This document shows, in pieces, positions 40,398 to 53,143 of a stretch of 64,000 nucleotides of DNA. The translations under genes were made by a program, and so were the position numbers. Below the pieces are notes generated by a model. That model had not been told where the DNA came from, ran no database searches, and saw nothing but the letters and a program-made list of their open reading frames with translations. This DNA comes from an uncultured cyanobacterium (lineage in GTDB: Bacteria; Cyanobacteriota; Cyanobacteriia; PCC-6307; Cyanobiaceae): contig CAIRWM010000055.1 in the NCBI GenBank assembly GCA_903882285.1, forward strand, positions 9,473 to 73,472, in the 5' to 3' direction. The first letter of the stretch is position 1. Each line of letters opens with the position of its first letter.

Positions 40398-41633
40398 TCA
40401 GGGATCGAGCCAGCGGCCGTCCTCCCGGATCAGCGCAATCAGGGCCTCCACCCCCTCGGCCTCGGGCACCCGGCGGATCTCCTCGCGGCCGCGGTACAGC
40501 GAAATGGTGCCGGGGGTCTTGCCCACATAGCCGTAGTCGGCATCGGCCATCTCCCCGGGACCGTTGACAATGCAGCCCATCACGGCAATGTCCAGGCCGG
40601 TGAGGTGCGCTGTGGCGGCTCGCACCCTGTGCAGCACCGCCTCAAGATTGAATAGGGTACGACCGCAGCTGGGGCAGGCCACGTACTCGACCATCGTCTT
40701 GCGCAGCCCGAGAGCCTGCAGGATCGAATAGCAGACCGGTATCTCCTTCTCGGGGGCTTCAGTGAGCGAGACACGGATCGTGTCGCCAATGCCCTCAGCC
40801 AGCAGGGGCGCAATGCCGGCCGTGCTCTTGATCCGCCCGTAGTCGCCGTCGCCGGCCTCGGTGACACCGAGATGCAGGGGGTAGGGGAAGCCCTCGGCAT
40901 CCATCCGGGCGGCCATCATTCGATAGGCCGCCATCATCACGGGGGCGCGCGACGCCTTCATCGACACCACGATGTTGTGGAAGTCGAGGCGATCGCAGAT
41001 GCGGATGAACTCCAGCGCCGACTCCACCATGCCCAGCGGCGTGTCGCCGTAGCTGAACAGCATGCGCTCGGCCAGGGAGCCATGGTTGACGCCGATGCGC
41101 AGGGCCTTGTCCTGGTCCTTGAGCAGGCTGACCAGGGGCTCGAAGGTCTCGGTGATGCGATCACCGATTGCGGCGATCTCCTCGGCGCTGAACTCGGTGC
41201 GGTTGGGATCGGGTTTGTCAAAGACAAACAGACCCGGATTGATACGCACCTTGTCGACGTGCTGCGCCACTTCCAGGGCGATCTTCATGCCGTTGTGGTG
41301 CACGTCCGCCACCAGCGGCACCGGCTGGTAGGTATCGAGGAGGCGCTGGCGGATCTCCCTGACCGCCTTGGCGTGGGCCAGGCTGGGCACGGTGAGCCGC
41401 ACGATCTCGCAGCCGGCCTCATGCAGGCGGCGGATGCCGGCGGTGGCCCCCTCGATGTCAAGGGTGTCCTCGTTGATCATCGACTGCACCACCACCGGGT
41501 GCTCGCTGCCGATCCAGACATCCCCCACCCGCACGCTGCGGGTGGGGCGGCGGTGGATCACCGTGTCAAAGCGACGATCGCCGCCGCCGGCGCCGGCCGA
41601 AGCAGTGGCAGGGAGGGGCGGAGCGACGGTCAT
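40398..41633 (-). CDS. ispG: HMB-PP synthase (GcpE)
   Basis: [40 protein letters not shown] and [10 protein letters not shown] motifs. Confidence 0.97.
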   Translation of the reverse strand: MTVAPPLPATASAGAGGGDRRFDTVIHRRPTRSVRVGDVWIGSEHPVVVQSMINEDTLDIEGATAGIRRLHEAGCEIVRLTVPSLAHAKAVREIRQRLLDTYQPVPLVADVHHNGMKIALEVAQHVDKVRINPGLFVFDKPDPNRTEFSAEEIAAIGDRITETFEPLVSLLKDQDKALRIGVNHGSLAERMLFSYGDTPLGMVESALEFIRICDRLDFHNIVVSMKASRAPVMMAAYRMMAARMDAEGFPYPLHLGVTEAGDGDYGRIKSTAGIAPLLAEGIGDTIRVSLTEAPEKEIPVCYSILQALGLRKTMVEYVACPSCGRTLFNLEAVLHRVRAATAHLTGLDIAVMGCIVNGPGEMADADYGYVGKTPGTISLYRGREEIRRVPEAEGVEALIALIREDGRWLDP

Positions 41634-41663
41634 CGCGAGGGGGGGACGCGTGGAGAAAGCCTG

Positions 41664-42365
41664 TCACAGCGGCCGGGGGTTTGGGCCGCCGCCCGGCCCC
41701 CCCGCCGGCCGATCCCCGCCAGGGCGACCCCCATCGAGACAGCGCCGCACCTCCAGGAGGTCCTGGGCGGTGTGCCACCGCGGCGAACCCTCCCGCAGTC
41801 TGGGATTGCGCAGCAGGTAGGCGGGGTGCAGCAGGGGCATCAGCCAGCGGCCCGTGAGCAGCCCGCCAACGCCTGGGAGCCACTGGCCCCGCAGCCGGGT
41901 GATGCCGCCCTTGATCCCCAGCACCCCCTGAAGGGCCGACGCGCCCACCAGCAGGATCAGCGCCGGATCCACCAGGGCGATCTGCTGCTCCAGCCAGGGG
42001 CGGCAGGCCGCCATCTCCGCGGCCGTGGGCCGGCGGTTGTCCGGTGGCCGGCACTTCACCACATTGCAGATATAGACGTCGCGATCGCTGGCGATGCCGG
42101 CGCCAGCCAGCAGCTGATCGAGCAGCAGGCCGGAACGCCCCACGAAGGGCAACCCCGCCGCGTCCTCCTGGGCGCCGGGTGCCTCGCCGATCAGCATCAG
42201 CCTGGCCGCACCATGGCCGCGGCCCACCACCACCTGCTGGCGCCCCCCGGCCAGGCCACAGCAGCGGCAGGCCGCACAGGCCGTCGCCAGCGCATCCAGC
42301 TGGCTGCCCAGCTGGGCATCGTGATCGTCGGTGCGGAGGGCCAGGGGTGCCGCGGCAGGGGCCAT
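41664..42365 (-). CDS. Uracil-DNA glycosylase family 4
   Basis: CAACRCC, IGEAPG, PFVG.SG, NVVKCRPP and HPAYLLR motifs. Confidence 0.9.
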   Translation of the reverse strand: MAPAAAPLALRTDDHDAQLGSQLDALATACAACRCCGLAGGRQQVVVGRGHGAARLMLIGEAPGAQEDAAGLPFVGRSGLLLDQLLAGAGIASDRDVYICNVVKCRPPDNRRPTAAEMAACRPWLEQQIALVDPALILLVGASALQGVLGIKGGITRLRGQWLPGVGGLLTGRWLMPLLHPAYLLRNPRLREGSPRWHTAQDLLEVRRCLDGGRPGGDRPAGGPGGGPNPRPL

Positions 42366-42505
42366 CACTCTGGCCGGGGGCGACCCCTTGGCCACCCCGC
42401 TTCGTCACTCGAATCGGGTGCACCAATTGGTGCGCCCCTGAACCCCGGGGGCGGGCAGGCGTGCGGCAGGATGATTGCAGCCACTGATGCGCCGTGTCCG
42501 CCACG

Positions 42506-43720
42506 ATGCCGGCCCCGCTGACACCGGCGCCCCCGGCCCCGTCGCCGGACGCACTCACCCTCTCGCGGCGGGCTGCGGCGTTGCAGCCGTCGCTCACCCT
42601 GGCGATCACCGCCAGGGCCCGCCAGCTGCGAACCGAGGGCCGAGACGTCTGCAGTCTCAGTGCCGGCGAGCCCGACTTCGACACGCCCGCCTTCATTCGC
42701 GCCGCCGCGGCCGAAGCCCTGGAAGCCGGCCACACCCGCTACGGCCCCGTCGCCGGCGAACCCGCCCTGCGGCAGGCGATCGCCGCCAAGCTCAGCGAGG
42801 AGAACGGCGTCCCCACCTGCAGCGATCAGGTGCTGGTGACCAATGGCGGCAAGCAGGCGCTCTACAACCTCTTCCAGGTGCTGCTCGATCCGGGCGACGA
42901 GGTGCTCCTGCCGGCGCCCTACTGGCTGAGCTACCCGGAGATGGCCCACCTGGCCGGGGCCACGGTCACCCTGCTGCCCAGTGACGCCGCCACTGGCTTC
43001 CGCCTCACCGCCGAGCAGCTGGAGGCCGCGATCACGCCGTCCAGCCGCCTGCTGGTGCTCAACACCCCCTCCAATCCCACCGGCATGGTGCTGAGCCGGG
43101 GTGAACTGGAGGCCCTCGCCGCTGTGCTGCGCCGCCACCCACGCCTGGCCGTGGTCTGCGATGAGATCTATGAGTTCCTGCTGGCCCCGGGCCACAGCCA
43201 CCACAGCTTCGCCGCGGTGGCCCCCGATCTGGCCGAGCGCATTTTCATCGTCAACGGCTTCGCCAAGGGCTGGGCCATGACCGGCTGGCGCCTGGGCTGG
43301 CTGGCCGGGGCCAGGGCGGTGGTGGCCGCCGCCAGTGCCCTGCAGAGCCAAAGCACCAGCAATGTCTGCACCTTTGCCCAGTACGGGGCACTGGCGGCGA
43401 TCACCGCCCCCCGCGACTGCGTCCGGGAGATGGCGGCCCAGTTCAACGAGCGCCGGGCCCTGCTCAGCCAGGGCCTGATGGCGATCGAGGGGGTGCAGCT
43501 GCTGGCCCCGGAAGGCGCCTTCTATGCCTTCCCGGATGTCAGTGCCTGGGGCCTCGACTCGATGACCCTGTGCGACCGCCTGCTGGAGGAGGTGGGGCTG
43601 GCGCTGGTGCCCGGCATCGCCTTCGGCGACGACCGCTGCATCCGCCTCTCCTGCGCCGCCTCGCTCGACACCCTGGAGGATGGGCTGGCGCGGTTGCGCC
43701 GCTTCCGCACATCCCTCTAG
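42506..43720 (+). CDS. aspC: Aspartate aminotransferase-like PLP enzyme (class I/II)
   Basis: GEPDF, GGKQAL, PYWLSY, NTPSNPTG, DEIY and NGFAKGWAMTGWRLG motifs. Confidence 0.9.
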   Translation: MPAPLTPAPPAPSPDALTLSRRAAALQPSLTLAITARARQLRTEGRDVCSLSAGEPDFDTPAFIRAAAAEALEAGHTRYGPVAGEPALRQAIAAKLSEENGVPTCSDQVLVTNGGKQALYNLFQVLLDPGDEVLLPAPYWLSYPEMAHLAGATVTLLPSDAATGFRLTAEQLEAAITPSSRLLVLNTPSNPTGMVLSRGELEALAAVLRRHPRLAVVCDEIYEFLLAPGHSHHSFAAVAPDLAERIFIVNGFAKGWAMTGWRLGWLAGARAVVAAASALQSQSTSNVCTFAQYGALAAITAPRDCVREMAAQFNERRALLSQGLMAIEGVQLLAPEGAFYAFPDVSAWGLDSMTLCDRLLEEVGLALVPGIAFGDDRCIRLSCAASLDTLEDGLARLRRFRTSL

Positions 43721-43786
43721 GCCCCCCCTCTCGGCCCCACCTGGGGCGATGGCATGGGGCAGGATCGCCAGGCGCCCAGGAGTGCG

Positions 43787-44464
43787 ATGAGCCTCACCGT
43801 TCCCAGAAAGCTCGTGGTGATCGGCGACAGCGGCGTGGTCGGCTGGGGGGACCCGGAGCGGGGTGGCTGGTGTGAAAGGCTCCGCCGCCACTGGATGGAA
43901 CTGCCTGATGGCCCGGTGCTTTACAACCTCGGCGTGCGCGGCGACGGGCTCGAACGGGTGGCGGCCCGGCTGCCTCAGGAGGTGGCCCGGCGGGGTGAAC
44001 TGCGCCGCCAGACCCCCCAGGGCATCCTGCTGGCGGTGGGACTGAACGACACGGCCCGGGTGGGACGGCCCGACGGGCGCCACCAACTCGCCCCGGACGC
44101 CTTTCTGTTCGGCCTGCAGCAGCTGCTGAGGCAGGCCAGCGCCCTGGCGCCGGTGCTGGTGCTGGGGCTGACGCCGGTGGAGGAGCGGGCCATGCCCTTC
44201 GCCGAGGTGCTCTGGTACGGCCTGGAGACGATCCGTCGGTATGAGGGCTTGCTCGAAGAGGCCTGCCTGGAGGCGGATGTGCCGTTCCTACCGCTGCTGG
44301 AGAGCTTTCTCGACGACCCCCGCTGGAGCCACTGGCTCGAGCCGGATGGACTACATCTCAACAGCGAGGGCCACGGCCAGCTGTACGAGCGGCTGAGCCG
44401 CTGGCCGGCGCTGCTGCGCTGGGCCGATCTCGAACCGATCGGTCTGGCGACGCCCTCCTTCTGA
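43787..44464 (+). CDS. GDSL/SGNH esterase
   Basis: GDS, NLGVRGD, GLND and DGLHLN motifs. Confidence 0.88.
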   Translation: MSLTVPRKLVVIGDSGVVGWGDPERGGWCERLRRHWMELPDGPVLYNLGVRGDGLERVAARLPQEVARRGELRRQTPQGILLAVGLNDTARVGRPDGRHQLAPDAFLFGLQQLLRQASALAPVLVLGLTPVEERAMPFAEVLWYGLETIRRYEGLLEEACLEADVPFLPLLESFLDDPRWSHWLEPDGLHLNSEGHGQLYERLSRWPALLRWADLEPIGLATPSF

Positions 44465-44633
44465 ATCAGCTCGCATGCAGGTTGAATCGCCTCCCATGCA
44501 GGACCTGGCCGCCAGGTAGCCGGCCCGGAAGCCGGGCGGTTCACCCGATCGGGGGATCCGGAGTCGCCCGTTCGGGTGATGTGGCTGATGGCGACGAGGG
44601 GGACGGTGGAACGATGCCCGTGCGTTGTCCCGC

Positions 44634-45569
44634 ATGTCCACCGCTAACTCCGAAACGCAGGCCGCACAACAGCGGCAGCAACGCAACCAGTGCCGGCTGC
44701 TGGCCTACGCCGGCAGCCACGATCCAAGGCGGCGGCGGGTCTGGCGCGATGCCCTGGTGGCGGACAACCTGCCACTGGTGCACACCATCGCCGGCCGTCT
44801 TGCCCGCCAGGGAGCCCTCCCCTTCGACGACCTCGTTCAGGTGGGAAGTCTGGGGCTGATGCGGGCGATCGAAACCTTTGATCCGAAGCGCCAGGCCCAA
44901 CTCAGCACCCTGGCGGTTCCCTACATCCAGGGCGCCATCCTGCACGAACTGCGGGACCGCCAGCACCTGATGCGGGTACCGCGCAGCCTCTGGGAACTGC
45001 GGCAGAGGCAGGCGAAGCTGCAGCAGCAGCGCTGCCGCCAGGGTCTGCCCCCTCTGGGGGAGGCGGCCCTGGCCCAGGCGCTCGGCTGTGCGCCGCAGCT
45101 GCTCCGGGAGGTGCGGGAACTGGCGGCGGTCACCGCGGTGCGCAGCCTCGATGCTCCTCGCAGCGGCGGCGAGGATGGCGAGAGTCCGGGATCGCTGCTC
45201 GAGCAGCTGGCCGCCCCCGCCAGCCCGGGGAGCGACGCAGGGCCTGGAGACGGGGAGACGGTGTCGGAAGAAACCGCCGCGGAGCTGCGCTGGTTGCGTG
45301 GGGCCCTGGCGCAGCTCGATCCCCTCATCCGAGAGCTGCTGGAAGGGCGGATCCTGCACGGCTGCACCTGGGTGGAGCTGGGAAACCGGCTGGGGCTCCA
45401 TCCCCGCCAGGCCCAGCGCCGCTGCCTCGCAGCCCAGGCGGCCCTGCAGCGGGCAGGGGCAAGCTGGCGCGATGGCCTCAGCCGATCGGCGGCGCCAACC
45501 AGGGCAGCAGCAGCATCGCCAGCAACGCCGCCAGCAGGGTCTGCAGGCCATTCACCACCTCATTGGTGA
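44634..45569 (+). CDS. sigF: Group 3 sigma factor, SigF-like
   Basis: NLPLVH.IA, DDLVQVG.LGL.RAIE.FD, STLAVPYI.GAILHELRD..MRVPR and RSLD motifs. Confidence 0.8.
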   Translation: MSTANSETQAAQQRQQRNQCRLLAYAGSHDPRRRRVWRDALVADNLPLVHTIAGRLARQGALPFDDLVQVGSLGLMRAIETFDPKRQAQLSTLAVPYIQGAILHELRDRQHLMRVPRSLWELRQRQAKLQQQRCRQGLPPLGEAALAQALGCAPQLLREVRELAAVTAVRSLDAPRSGGEDGESPGSLLEQLAAPASPGSDAGPGDGETVSEETAAELRWLRGALAQLDPLIRELLEGRILHGCTWVELGNRLGLHPRQAQRRCLAAQAALQRAGASWRDGLSRSAAPTRAAAASPATPPAGSAGHSPPHW

Positions 45570-46239
45570 GCAACGCGGAGCGGCGCTGCAGCGTGGCGCC
45601 GATCAGGCTCTCGAGCAGGGTGGCCACCAGCCCTACCAGGCTCACCAGCAGCCAGTCGCGCCAGCCGCTCAGCAGGTCGAGCGCCAGCATCACCAGGGCC
45701 ATCAGGGCACTGCCCGCCAGGCTGGCGGCGGTGCCCTCCAGGCTCACGGCCCCTTCCGTGCCCGCCGGCACGGGCCGCAGGCTGGTGATCAACAGCGTGC
45801 GCCTTCCCCAGCGTTTGCCGATCTCACTGCCGAAGGTGTCGCCGAGCTTGGCGCTGAAACTGGCGGCAAAGCCCGCCAGCAGCAGGCCGCGACCGGCGAG
45901 GGGAGCGAGCGGCACCAGCAGGGCCAGCACCGTACCCACCAGGGCCGAGCCCCAGACGTTCTCGGGCCCGCGGCGGCCGCCGCGGGCCTCCGCCAACCCC
46001 TGTTGCTGCTTGCGGCGGAAGCCGATCCTGGTCACCAGCGAGCCCAGGGCCAGATAGAGCACCACCGCCAGCCAGCCCCGCCAGCCGAGGCTGCCCCAGA
46101 GCAAGGTGCCGAGCAGGCCCGCATGCGCCCAGCCCGAGGAGGTGAGCAGGGGGACCCGCTGGGCGAGGGCGATCAGCACGGCGTTGATCGCCAGGGCCAC
46201 CAGCCAGTGGCCCGGCTCCTGGGGGGGCAGAGGCAGCAT
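45478..46239 (-). CDS. DUF92 (TIGR00297) membrane protein
   Basis: RRGPENVWGS, KLGDTFGSEIG and GTEGAVSLEGT motifs. Confidence 0.88.
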   Translation of the reverse strand: MLPLPPQEPGHWLVALAINAVLIALAQRVPLLTSSGWAHAGLLGTLLWGSLGWRGWLAVVLYLALGSLVTRIGFRRKQQQGLAEARGGRRGPENVWGSALVGTVLALLVPLAPLAGRGLLLAGFAASFSAKLGDTFGSEIGKRWGRRTLLITSLRPVPAGTEGAVSLEGTAASLAGSALMALVMLALDLLSGWRDWLLVSLVGLVATLLESLIGATLQRRSALLTNEVVNGLQTLLAALLAMLLLPWLAPPIG

Positions 46240-46332
46240 CAGCGGTGGGGATGTGTTGCACAGATCTAAGCCAGGGCAGCGGCGATGCTGTCGGCGGCGG
46301 ATAATCGCTGCACCCGTTAGCCGGCCGGCGCC

Positions 46333-46716
46333 ATGGTGTTCAAGAGCAAATTCTTCCTCGACCTCAGCGGCGGCGAAGAGCTGAAGCCCGTCCAGGTGGC
46401 TCCGGTGCGGCCGGCCGACAGCGACCAGCCCGCCCCCGCAGCCAAGAGCCCGGCAGCCGCCACCCCGGCCGCCGGAGAGGCGATCAGCGCGACCCCAGGA
46501 TCGGCCGAGGGCTCAACCGAGGGCTCCAGCCTCACCACCACCGAGGCGATCGCCGCCGAACTGGCCGCCGCCCAGGCCAACCGTCCGGCCCCCAGCACGG
46601 CCACCTTCGCTCCCGAGTGCGTGGTGGCCGGCGGGGCCATCCCCCGGAGCCGCCGCAGTGCCGGGGCCAACCTCGGCGCCTTCAAGGAGATGGCGAAGGG
46701 GATGATGCGCAGCTGA
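46333..46716 (+). CDS. Ala/Pro-rich hypothetical protein
   Basis: GC3-rich codons, low-complexity middle, and a C-terminal RRSAGANLGAFKEMAKGM. Confidence 0.65.
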   Translation: MVFKSKFFLDLSGGEELKPVQVAPVRPADSDQPAPAAKSPAAATPAAGEAISATPGSAEGSTEGSSLTTTEAIAAELAAAQANRPAPSTATFAPECVVAGGAIPRSRRSAGANLGAFKEMAKGMMRS

Positions 46717-47455
46717 GCGAGCGCCAAGCCGCCAGGGCGGCGATCGCCGCCACCCCGGCCGTGGACGTGCGCAGGATCGAGGGCCCCAGGCTCACCAGCC
46801 TCCAGCCGCCTGCCTGGGCGGCCTCTTCCTCCTGGGGGCTCCAGCCACCCTCCGGCCCGATCGCCAGGCTCAGACCGGCTGTCTCGCCCTGTCGCAGCAG
46901 GCAAGGCAGCAGCTCAGCGAGCTGCGGCAGCCCCCCGTGACGGGTGGTGGCCAGCAGCCTTGGCCCCTGCGGCACCGCGTCAAACCAATCCAGGGCCTCG
47001 AGCGGTTCGGCCAGCGCCGGCAACCAGAGCCGCTCGCACTGTTCGGCCGCCTCGGCGACGATCGTGCGCCAGCGCTCCAGGGGTAGCCGCGGGCCCGTCT
47101 GGCTGCGCTGCGCCCTCAGGGGCTGGAAGCGATCGGCACCGAGCTCGGTGGCCATGCGCCACACCAGCTCCACCTCTCGCTTCGGCGGCGCCATCGCCAA
47201 CTCCAGCCAGGGCCAGGGTGCCGGCTGATTCTCCAGCGGGGCCTCCAGCGGCTGCTCAAGCTGCAGCAGGGACTCGTCCGTCAGCACGGCGGTCCAGAGC
47301 GATCCCTGGCCATCGACCAAGGCTACCTGATCGCCGCGGCGGCAGCGCAGCACCCGGCCCAGGTAGTGCTGCTCGGGCTCCTGCAGGAGCACCTCGCCGG
47401 GGGACAGGCGCAACCGCTGCGGATCGATCAGCAGCCGGCGCAGTTCACGGGCCAT
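46682..47455 (-). CDS. rsmE: 16S rRNA m3U1498 methyltransferase
   Basis: HYLGRVLR, ATELG, EAAEQCER, IGPEGGWS and SLGPSILRTSTA motifs. Confidence 0.92.
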   Translation of the reverse strand: MARELRRLLIDPQRLRLSPGEVLLQEPEQHYLGRVLRCRRGDQVALVDGQGSLWTAVLTDESLLQLEQPLEAPLENQPAPWPWLELAMAPPKREVELVWRMATELGADRFQPLRAQRSQTGPRLPLERWRTIVAEAAEQCERLWLPALAEPLEALDWFDAVPQGPRLLATTRHGGLPQLAELLPCLLRQGETAGLSLAIGPEGGWSPQEEEAAQAGGWRLVSLGPSILRTSTAGVAAIAALAAWRSLSCASSPSPSP

Positions 47456-47465
47456 GGACGCGGAC

Positions 47466-47918
47466 TCAGTAGCGGCCGGCCGCGAAGGGATCGTCGGGGT
47501 CGTCCTCCACGGGCCAGTCGTCATTGACACCACCGATCACCAGCTCGACGATCTCCACCACGTCGTTGTCAAGCTGGCGCAGGGCGTTGATCAGCACGTC
47601 GAGCGCCAGGGCATCACTGGTGCCCAGGTCAAGCCAACAGCGCCCCCAGTCTTCCTGGTATTCCATCGCCGCCATGTTGTGCATCAGGGCCGGCAGGGCC
47701 TGGGCCGCGCCCTCCTCGTGCCAGTGCAGCTCGCCCAGATCGGCGCCGGCCTCATGGGCCTGCAGGTTTTCAGCATTAAAACCGCCGAGCTTGCCGAGCA
47801 CGAACCAGCTGTCGAACACCCCCTCGACGTAATCCCGCTCCCCCTGGCGGGGGGGATTGGCGAAGCGAAGCCAGATCCAGCAGTTGAACGGATCGACCTC
47901 GCGGAAGCGGACCTCCAT
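47466..47918 (-). CDS. DUF3531 family protein
   Basis: FDSWFVLGKLGGFNAENLQ and WGRCWLDLGTSD motifs. Confidence 0.85.
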   Translation of the reverse strand: MEVRFREVDPFNCWIWLRFANPPRQGERDYVEGVFDSWFVLGKLGGFNAENLQAHEAGADLGELHWHEEGAAQALPALMHNMAAMEYQEDWGRCWLDLGTSDALALDVLINALRQLDNDVVEIVELVIGGVNDDWPVEDDPDDPFAAGRY

Positions 47919-48016
47919 GGCGGCAGCCGGCGGCGGCGCGGGGAACTCCCCTCATGCAACCACGCGAGAGGCATGCCGCCATGCACGACAGCGAGCCAGC
48001 CTGCATGCTGGGGGGC

Positions 48017-48661
48017 ATGCTTGAGCTCCAGGCCCTTCGCTACCACCCCGCCACATCGTCCGCGCCAGTGCTGCACGACGTGGCGTTGCGGCTGGCCGAG
48101 GGCGAACCCGCCTTGGTGGCAGGTCGCAGCGGCAGTGGGAAGACCACCCTGCTGGAGCTGATCAGCGGCCTGGCTGAGCCCGATGGCGGCCGCATCCTCT
48201 GGAACGGCGAGGTGCTCAACGCTCGCCAGCGGCGCTGGCTCTGTGGGCTGGTCTTCCAGTTCCCGGAGCGCCATTTCCTGGGTCTTACGGTGGCGCAGGA
48301 GCTGAAGCTGGGCCAGAAGCGCCTGCGCTCCGACAGGATCGCCGCCGTGCTGCAGCAGGTGGGCCTGGGTGGGGTGTCACTGCAACAGGCACCGGAGCGC
48401 CTCAGCGGCGGCCAGCAGCGGCGCCTCTCCCTGGCGGTGCAACTGCTGCGCGATCCGCACGTGCTGCTGCTCGACGAACCCACCGCCGGCCTCGACTGGA
48501 CCGTGCGCGAGGAGGTGCTGCAGCTGCTGGCGGAGCTCGGCCGCGACCGGGCCCTGCTCATCGTCACCCACGAGCCCGAACTGTTCCGCGGCATCGTCCG
48601 TCAGGGATGGCGCCTGGAGAACGGCACACTCCTTACGATGCCTGCATACGGGCTGCGCTGA
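48017..48661 (+). CDS. ABC transporter ATP-binding protein
   Basis: [27 protein letters not shown] and THE motifs. Confidence 0.9.
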   Translation: MLELQALRYHPATSSAPVLHDVALRLAEGEPALVAGRSGSGKTTLLELISGLAEPDGGRILWNGEVLNARQRRWLCGLVFQFPERHFLGLTVAQELKLGQKRLRSDRIAAVLQQVGLGGVSLQQAPERLSGGQQRRLSLAVQLLRDPHVLLLDEPTAGLDWTVREEVLQLLAELGRDRALLIVTHEPELFRGIVRQGWRLENGTLLTMPAYGLR

Positions 48662-49575
48662 TGGCCGATCAACTGCTGCGGGCCACCGCCGCGGGCGGGG
48701 GCATCCGCCTGGTTGCCGTGACCACCACGGTGGCCAGCCGCTACGCCCGGCGGCGCCACCACCTCTCCTTTCTGACCACGGCCCTGCTGGGCCGCGCCAT
48801 GGGGGCCGGCCTGCTACTCGCCAGCTCGATGAAGGTGGCCCATGGCCGCGTCAACCTGCGCATCCAGTCGGATGGTCCGCTGCGGGGCCTGATGGTGGAT
48901 GCCGGCCGCGACGGCACGGTGCGGGCCTACGTGGGCAACCCGGCCCTGGAACTCGATCTGGTGAGCGAGCCCGGTGGCAGCCCCCATTTCAACTTCCGCA
49001 GCGCCACCGGTACCGGCTATCTGCACATCGTCCGCGACCGGGGCGAGGGCGAACCGTTCAGCAGCACCGTCGAACTGGTGAGCGGCTGCATCGGAGACGA
49101 CGTCGCCTCCTACCTGCTGCACTCCGAGCAGACCCCGTCGGCGGTGTTCGTCGGCGAGCGCCTCGACAGCCACGGGGTGCGCTGCAGTGGGGGGGTCCTG
49201 GTGCAGGTGCTGCCCAAGGCCGCGCGGGAGCCGGCCCTGGTGGCCCTGCTGGAGGAGCGCTGCCGCGAGATCACCGGCTTCAGCGAGCGCCTCGAGGCCA
49301 ACGCCGACCACTTGCAGGGCCTGCTGGAGGACATCTTCCCCGACCTCGATCCCCAGCCCCTCGAGGATGTGCAGGCCGTCACGCCGGTGCAGTTCCACTG
49401 CCGCTGCAGCCGCAGCCGCAGCGTCGGCGCCCTGAAGCTGCTGGGCCGGGACGAACTCGATGCCATCCTGCGCGAGGACGGCCACGCGGAGTTGACCTGC
49501 CACTTCTGCAACGAGGTCTACCGCGTCGAGAGCCGCGAACTGCAGGAGCTGATCGACGAACTGGCGGTGGCCTGA
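48661..49575 (+). CDS. hslO: Hsp33 redox chaperone
   Basis: [10 protein letters not shown] and C-terminal CRC...CHFC zinc centre. Confidence 0.93.
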   Translation: MADQLLRATAAGGGIRLVAVTTTVASRYARRRHHLSFLTTALLGRAMGAGLLLASSMKVAHGRVNLRIQSDGPLRGLMVDAGRDGTVRAYVGNPALELDLVSEPGGSPHFNFRSATGTGYLHIVRDRGEGEPFSSTVELVSGCIGDDVASYLLHSEQTPSAVFVGERLDSHGVRCSGGVLVQVLPKAAREPALVALLEERCREITGFSERLEANADHLQGLLEDIFPDLDPQPLEDVQAVTPVQFHCRCSRSRSVGALKLLGRDELDAILREDGHAELTCHFCNEVYRVESRELQELIDELAVA

Positions 49576-49589
49576 GGTCCGGCTCAGGC

Positions 49590-50237
49590 TCAGGCGATCA
49601 ACAGGGCGCCAAGCAGGAGCAGCAGCAGGGCCGGCAAGCTCTGTACCTGCAGCTCTCCGATCGGCAGACCCAGCGGTAAAGAGGGGTTGATGGCCCCCAA
49701 CAGCAGGCCACCGAGCATCAGGCCCAGAGCGAGCAGGGCGAAACTCCAGCCAACGGCAGCCAGGAAGCGCCCGCTGCGGCGCTGCAAGCTGATCACCGTC
49801 ACCAGGGTGGCGAGGGCCAGCAACAGTTCGGCCGGGGCCGCCGGCAGCGCGAACAACAGCACCAGCAGGAGCCCCTGGGCTCCGAGCGGGAACCAGAAGT
49901 CGCGGCCGGAGGCGAGGGCCAGGCTCGGCAGGGAGAACCGGGGGGCGGCCAGCCTTGCCGCAGCCAGCTGTGGCAGCTGCGGCAGCTGCGGCAGGGCAGG
50001 CCGCTGGGGTGGCGCGGCCGCCGCCTGCTCACGCTGGGACGCCGAGCGGGCGGCACTGCTGACGCGCCCCTGCTGACGCTCCTTGAGGCGGTCCATCAGC
50101 ACGGCATCGTAAGCCGCCTCGACGCGGGACCGGGCCATCGGATCCTCGCCGACCTCCTCGAGCCGGGCATCACGGGCCGCCTGCACCGCATCGAAGGGGG
50201 CATCGGCGGGAATGGCGAGACGCTCGTAGGGATCCAC
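49590..50237 (-). CDS. CPP1-like (J-like domain) membrane protein
   Basis: DPYERL.I..DA.F..V..AR...EAAYDAVLMDRLKERQQG, followed by TM helices. Confidence 0.82.
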   Translation of the reverse strand: MDPYERLAIPADAPFDAVQAARDARLEEVGEDPMARSRVEAAYDAVLMDRLKERQQGRVSSAARSASQREQAAAAPPQRPALPQLPQLPQLAAARLAAPRFSLPSLALASGRDFWFPLGAQGLLLVLLFALPAAPAELLLALATLVTVISLQRRSGRFLAAVGWSFALLALGLMLGGLLLGAINPSLPLGLPIGELQVQSLPALLLLLLGALLIA

Positions 50238-50356
50238 GGAGGAGGAGATGGGGAGGACGGGTCTCCGGCAGCCACCGGGGCAACGCTGGAAGACCAGGAG
50301 GACGTCCGGGCTGGAGCTGGCGCCTGGATTCGTCCCCAGAGCGTACCGAGGCCTGC

Positions 50357-50596
50357 CTAGAAAAGTGGTTCAGCCCGGCGATAGCCCGCCTCCTGCTGCA
50401 GGCGGCGACCGCAGGCTTCGACTTCGGCGGGGGCCAGGCGCCAGCGGCGCTTCAGCAGGGGCATCTGGGGGGGCAGATGGCTGCCCTCGCGCACCTCAAC
50501 AGTGGCCCCGCCCAGGCTCTCCCAGGACGGAATGAAATTCACGTAATCGCTGCCCCCGTCACTGCGGGGCCGCACCAGCCAGAGCGGCATCGGCAT
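50357..50596 (-). CDS. Small hypothetical protein, DUF1651-like
   Basis: WLV..PLLKRRWRL..GYRRAEP pattern. Confidence 0.55.
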   Translation of the reverse strand: MPMPLWLVRPRSDGGSDYVNFIPSWESLGGATVEVREGSHLPPQMPLLKRRWRLAPAEVEACGRRLQQEAGYRRAEPLF

Positions 50597-50696
50597 CACA
50601 GACACCGCCCAGGGCGGCGTGACGAAATGTTGCTTTCATTCTGTCGAGGATGGCCGCGCTTCGTGGCCGCTGCCGACAAGCCAACTGGCCGCGCCC

Positions 50697-52394
<1,698 letters not shown>

Positions 52395-52432
52395 GGAGCC
52401 AGCCTGCCAGGCAACGGTGAAGGGAGCGGGTC

Positions 52433-53143
52433 TCAGGCGAGCCGCCCCCAAACCTCGAGATACTTCGGGCCCACCTCCTGCACCTGGAGCCCCTCCAGAT
52501 CGGCGCGCTCCAACTGCTCGGCCACCTCCGCCTTGGTAAAGGCGGCCTGCAACGAGTGGCGGTAGTCCCGGCGCAGCACCTCGGGGGCTGAGGCCATCTC
52601 AGCGGCGGTGAAGGCATCGGCTGCCTCCGGCGTGGGCGGCCGGCGCAGATCCTGGAGGTAGACGGCAGCACCAGGAGCCGCCAGGCGCCGCACCGCATCC
52701 CAGAGCACGGCCGGATCGTGGAGATGGTGCAGCAGGCTGTTGCTCACCACGGCACTGAAACCCTCCCCTAGCCAATCGCCGGCGGGCAGGGCCGTACGGG
52801 CCTGATCGATGGCGGGCAGCAGCACCTGCAGGAGGCGCACCGAGTGGCGCCAGCCCGCACCCATTCTCCGGCGGGCCTCGGCGATCGCCAGCATCGGCTC
52901 GGAACCGTCGATGCCCAGCACCAGGCTGCCGCGGCAACGATCCGCCAGACGAAAGGTGATGTTGCCCGGTCCGCAGCCGAGATCGACGATGCGGGGCCCC
53001 AGCCCACAGGTGTCGCTGCCGTCGTCGAAGTGCTCGATCATCCGCTCCACCATGGCGGCATCAGCCGCGGCAAAATCAGCCTCCGCATAGGCCTGGGCCT
53101 GGGCGGCATCGTCCATCAACTCTGGTTCGCAGATCCGCTCCAT
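52433..53143 (-). CDS. Class I SAM-dependent methyltransferase
   Basis: [24 protein letters not shown] and SNSLLHH motifs. Confidence 0.85.
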   Translation of the reverse strand: MERICEPELMDDAAQAQAYAEADFAAADAAMVERMIEHFDDGSDTCGLGPRIVDLGCGPGNITFRLADRCRGSLVLGIDGSEPMLAIAEARRRMGAGWRHSVRLLQVLLPAIDQARTALPAGDWLGEGFSAVVSNSLLHHLHDPAVLWDAVRRLAAPGAAVYLQDLRRPPTPEAADAFTAAEMASAPEVLRRDYRHSLQAAFTKAEVAEQLERADLEGLQVQEVGPKYLEVWGRLA

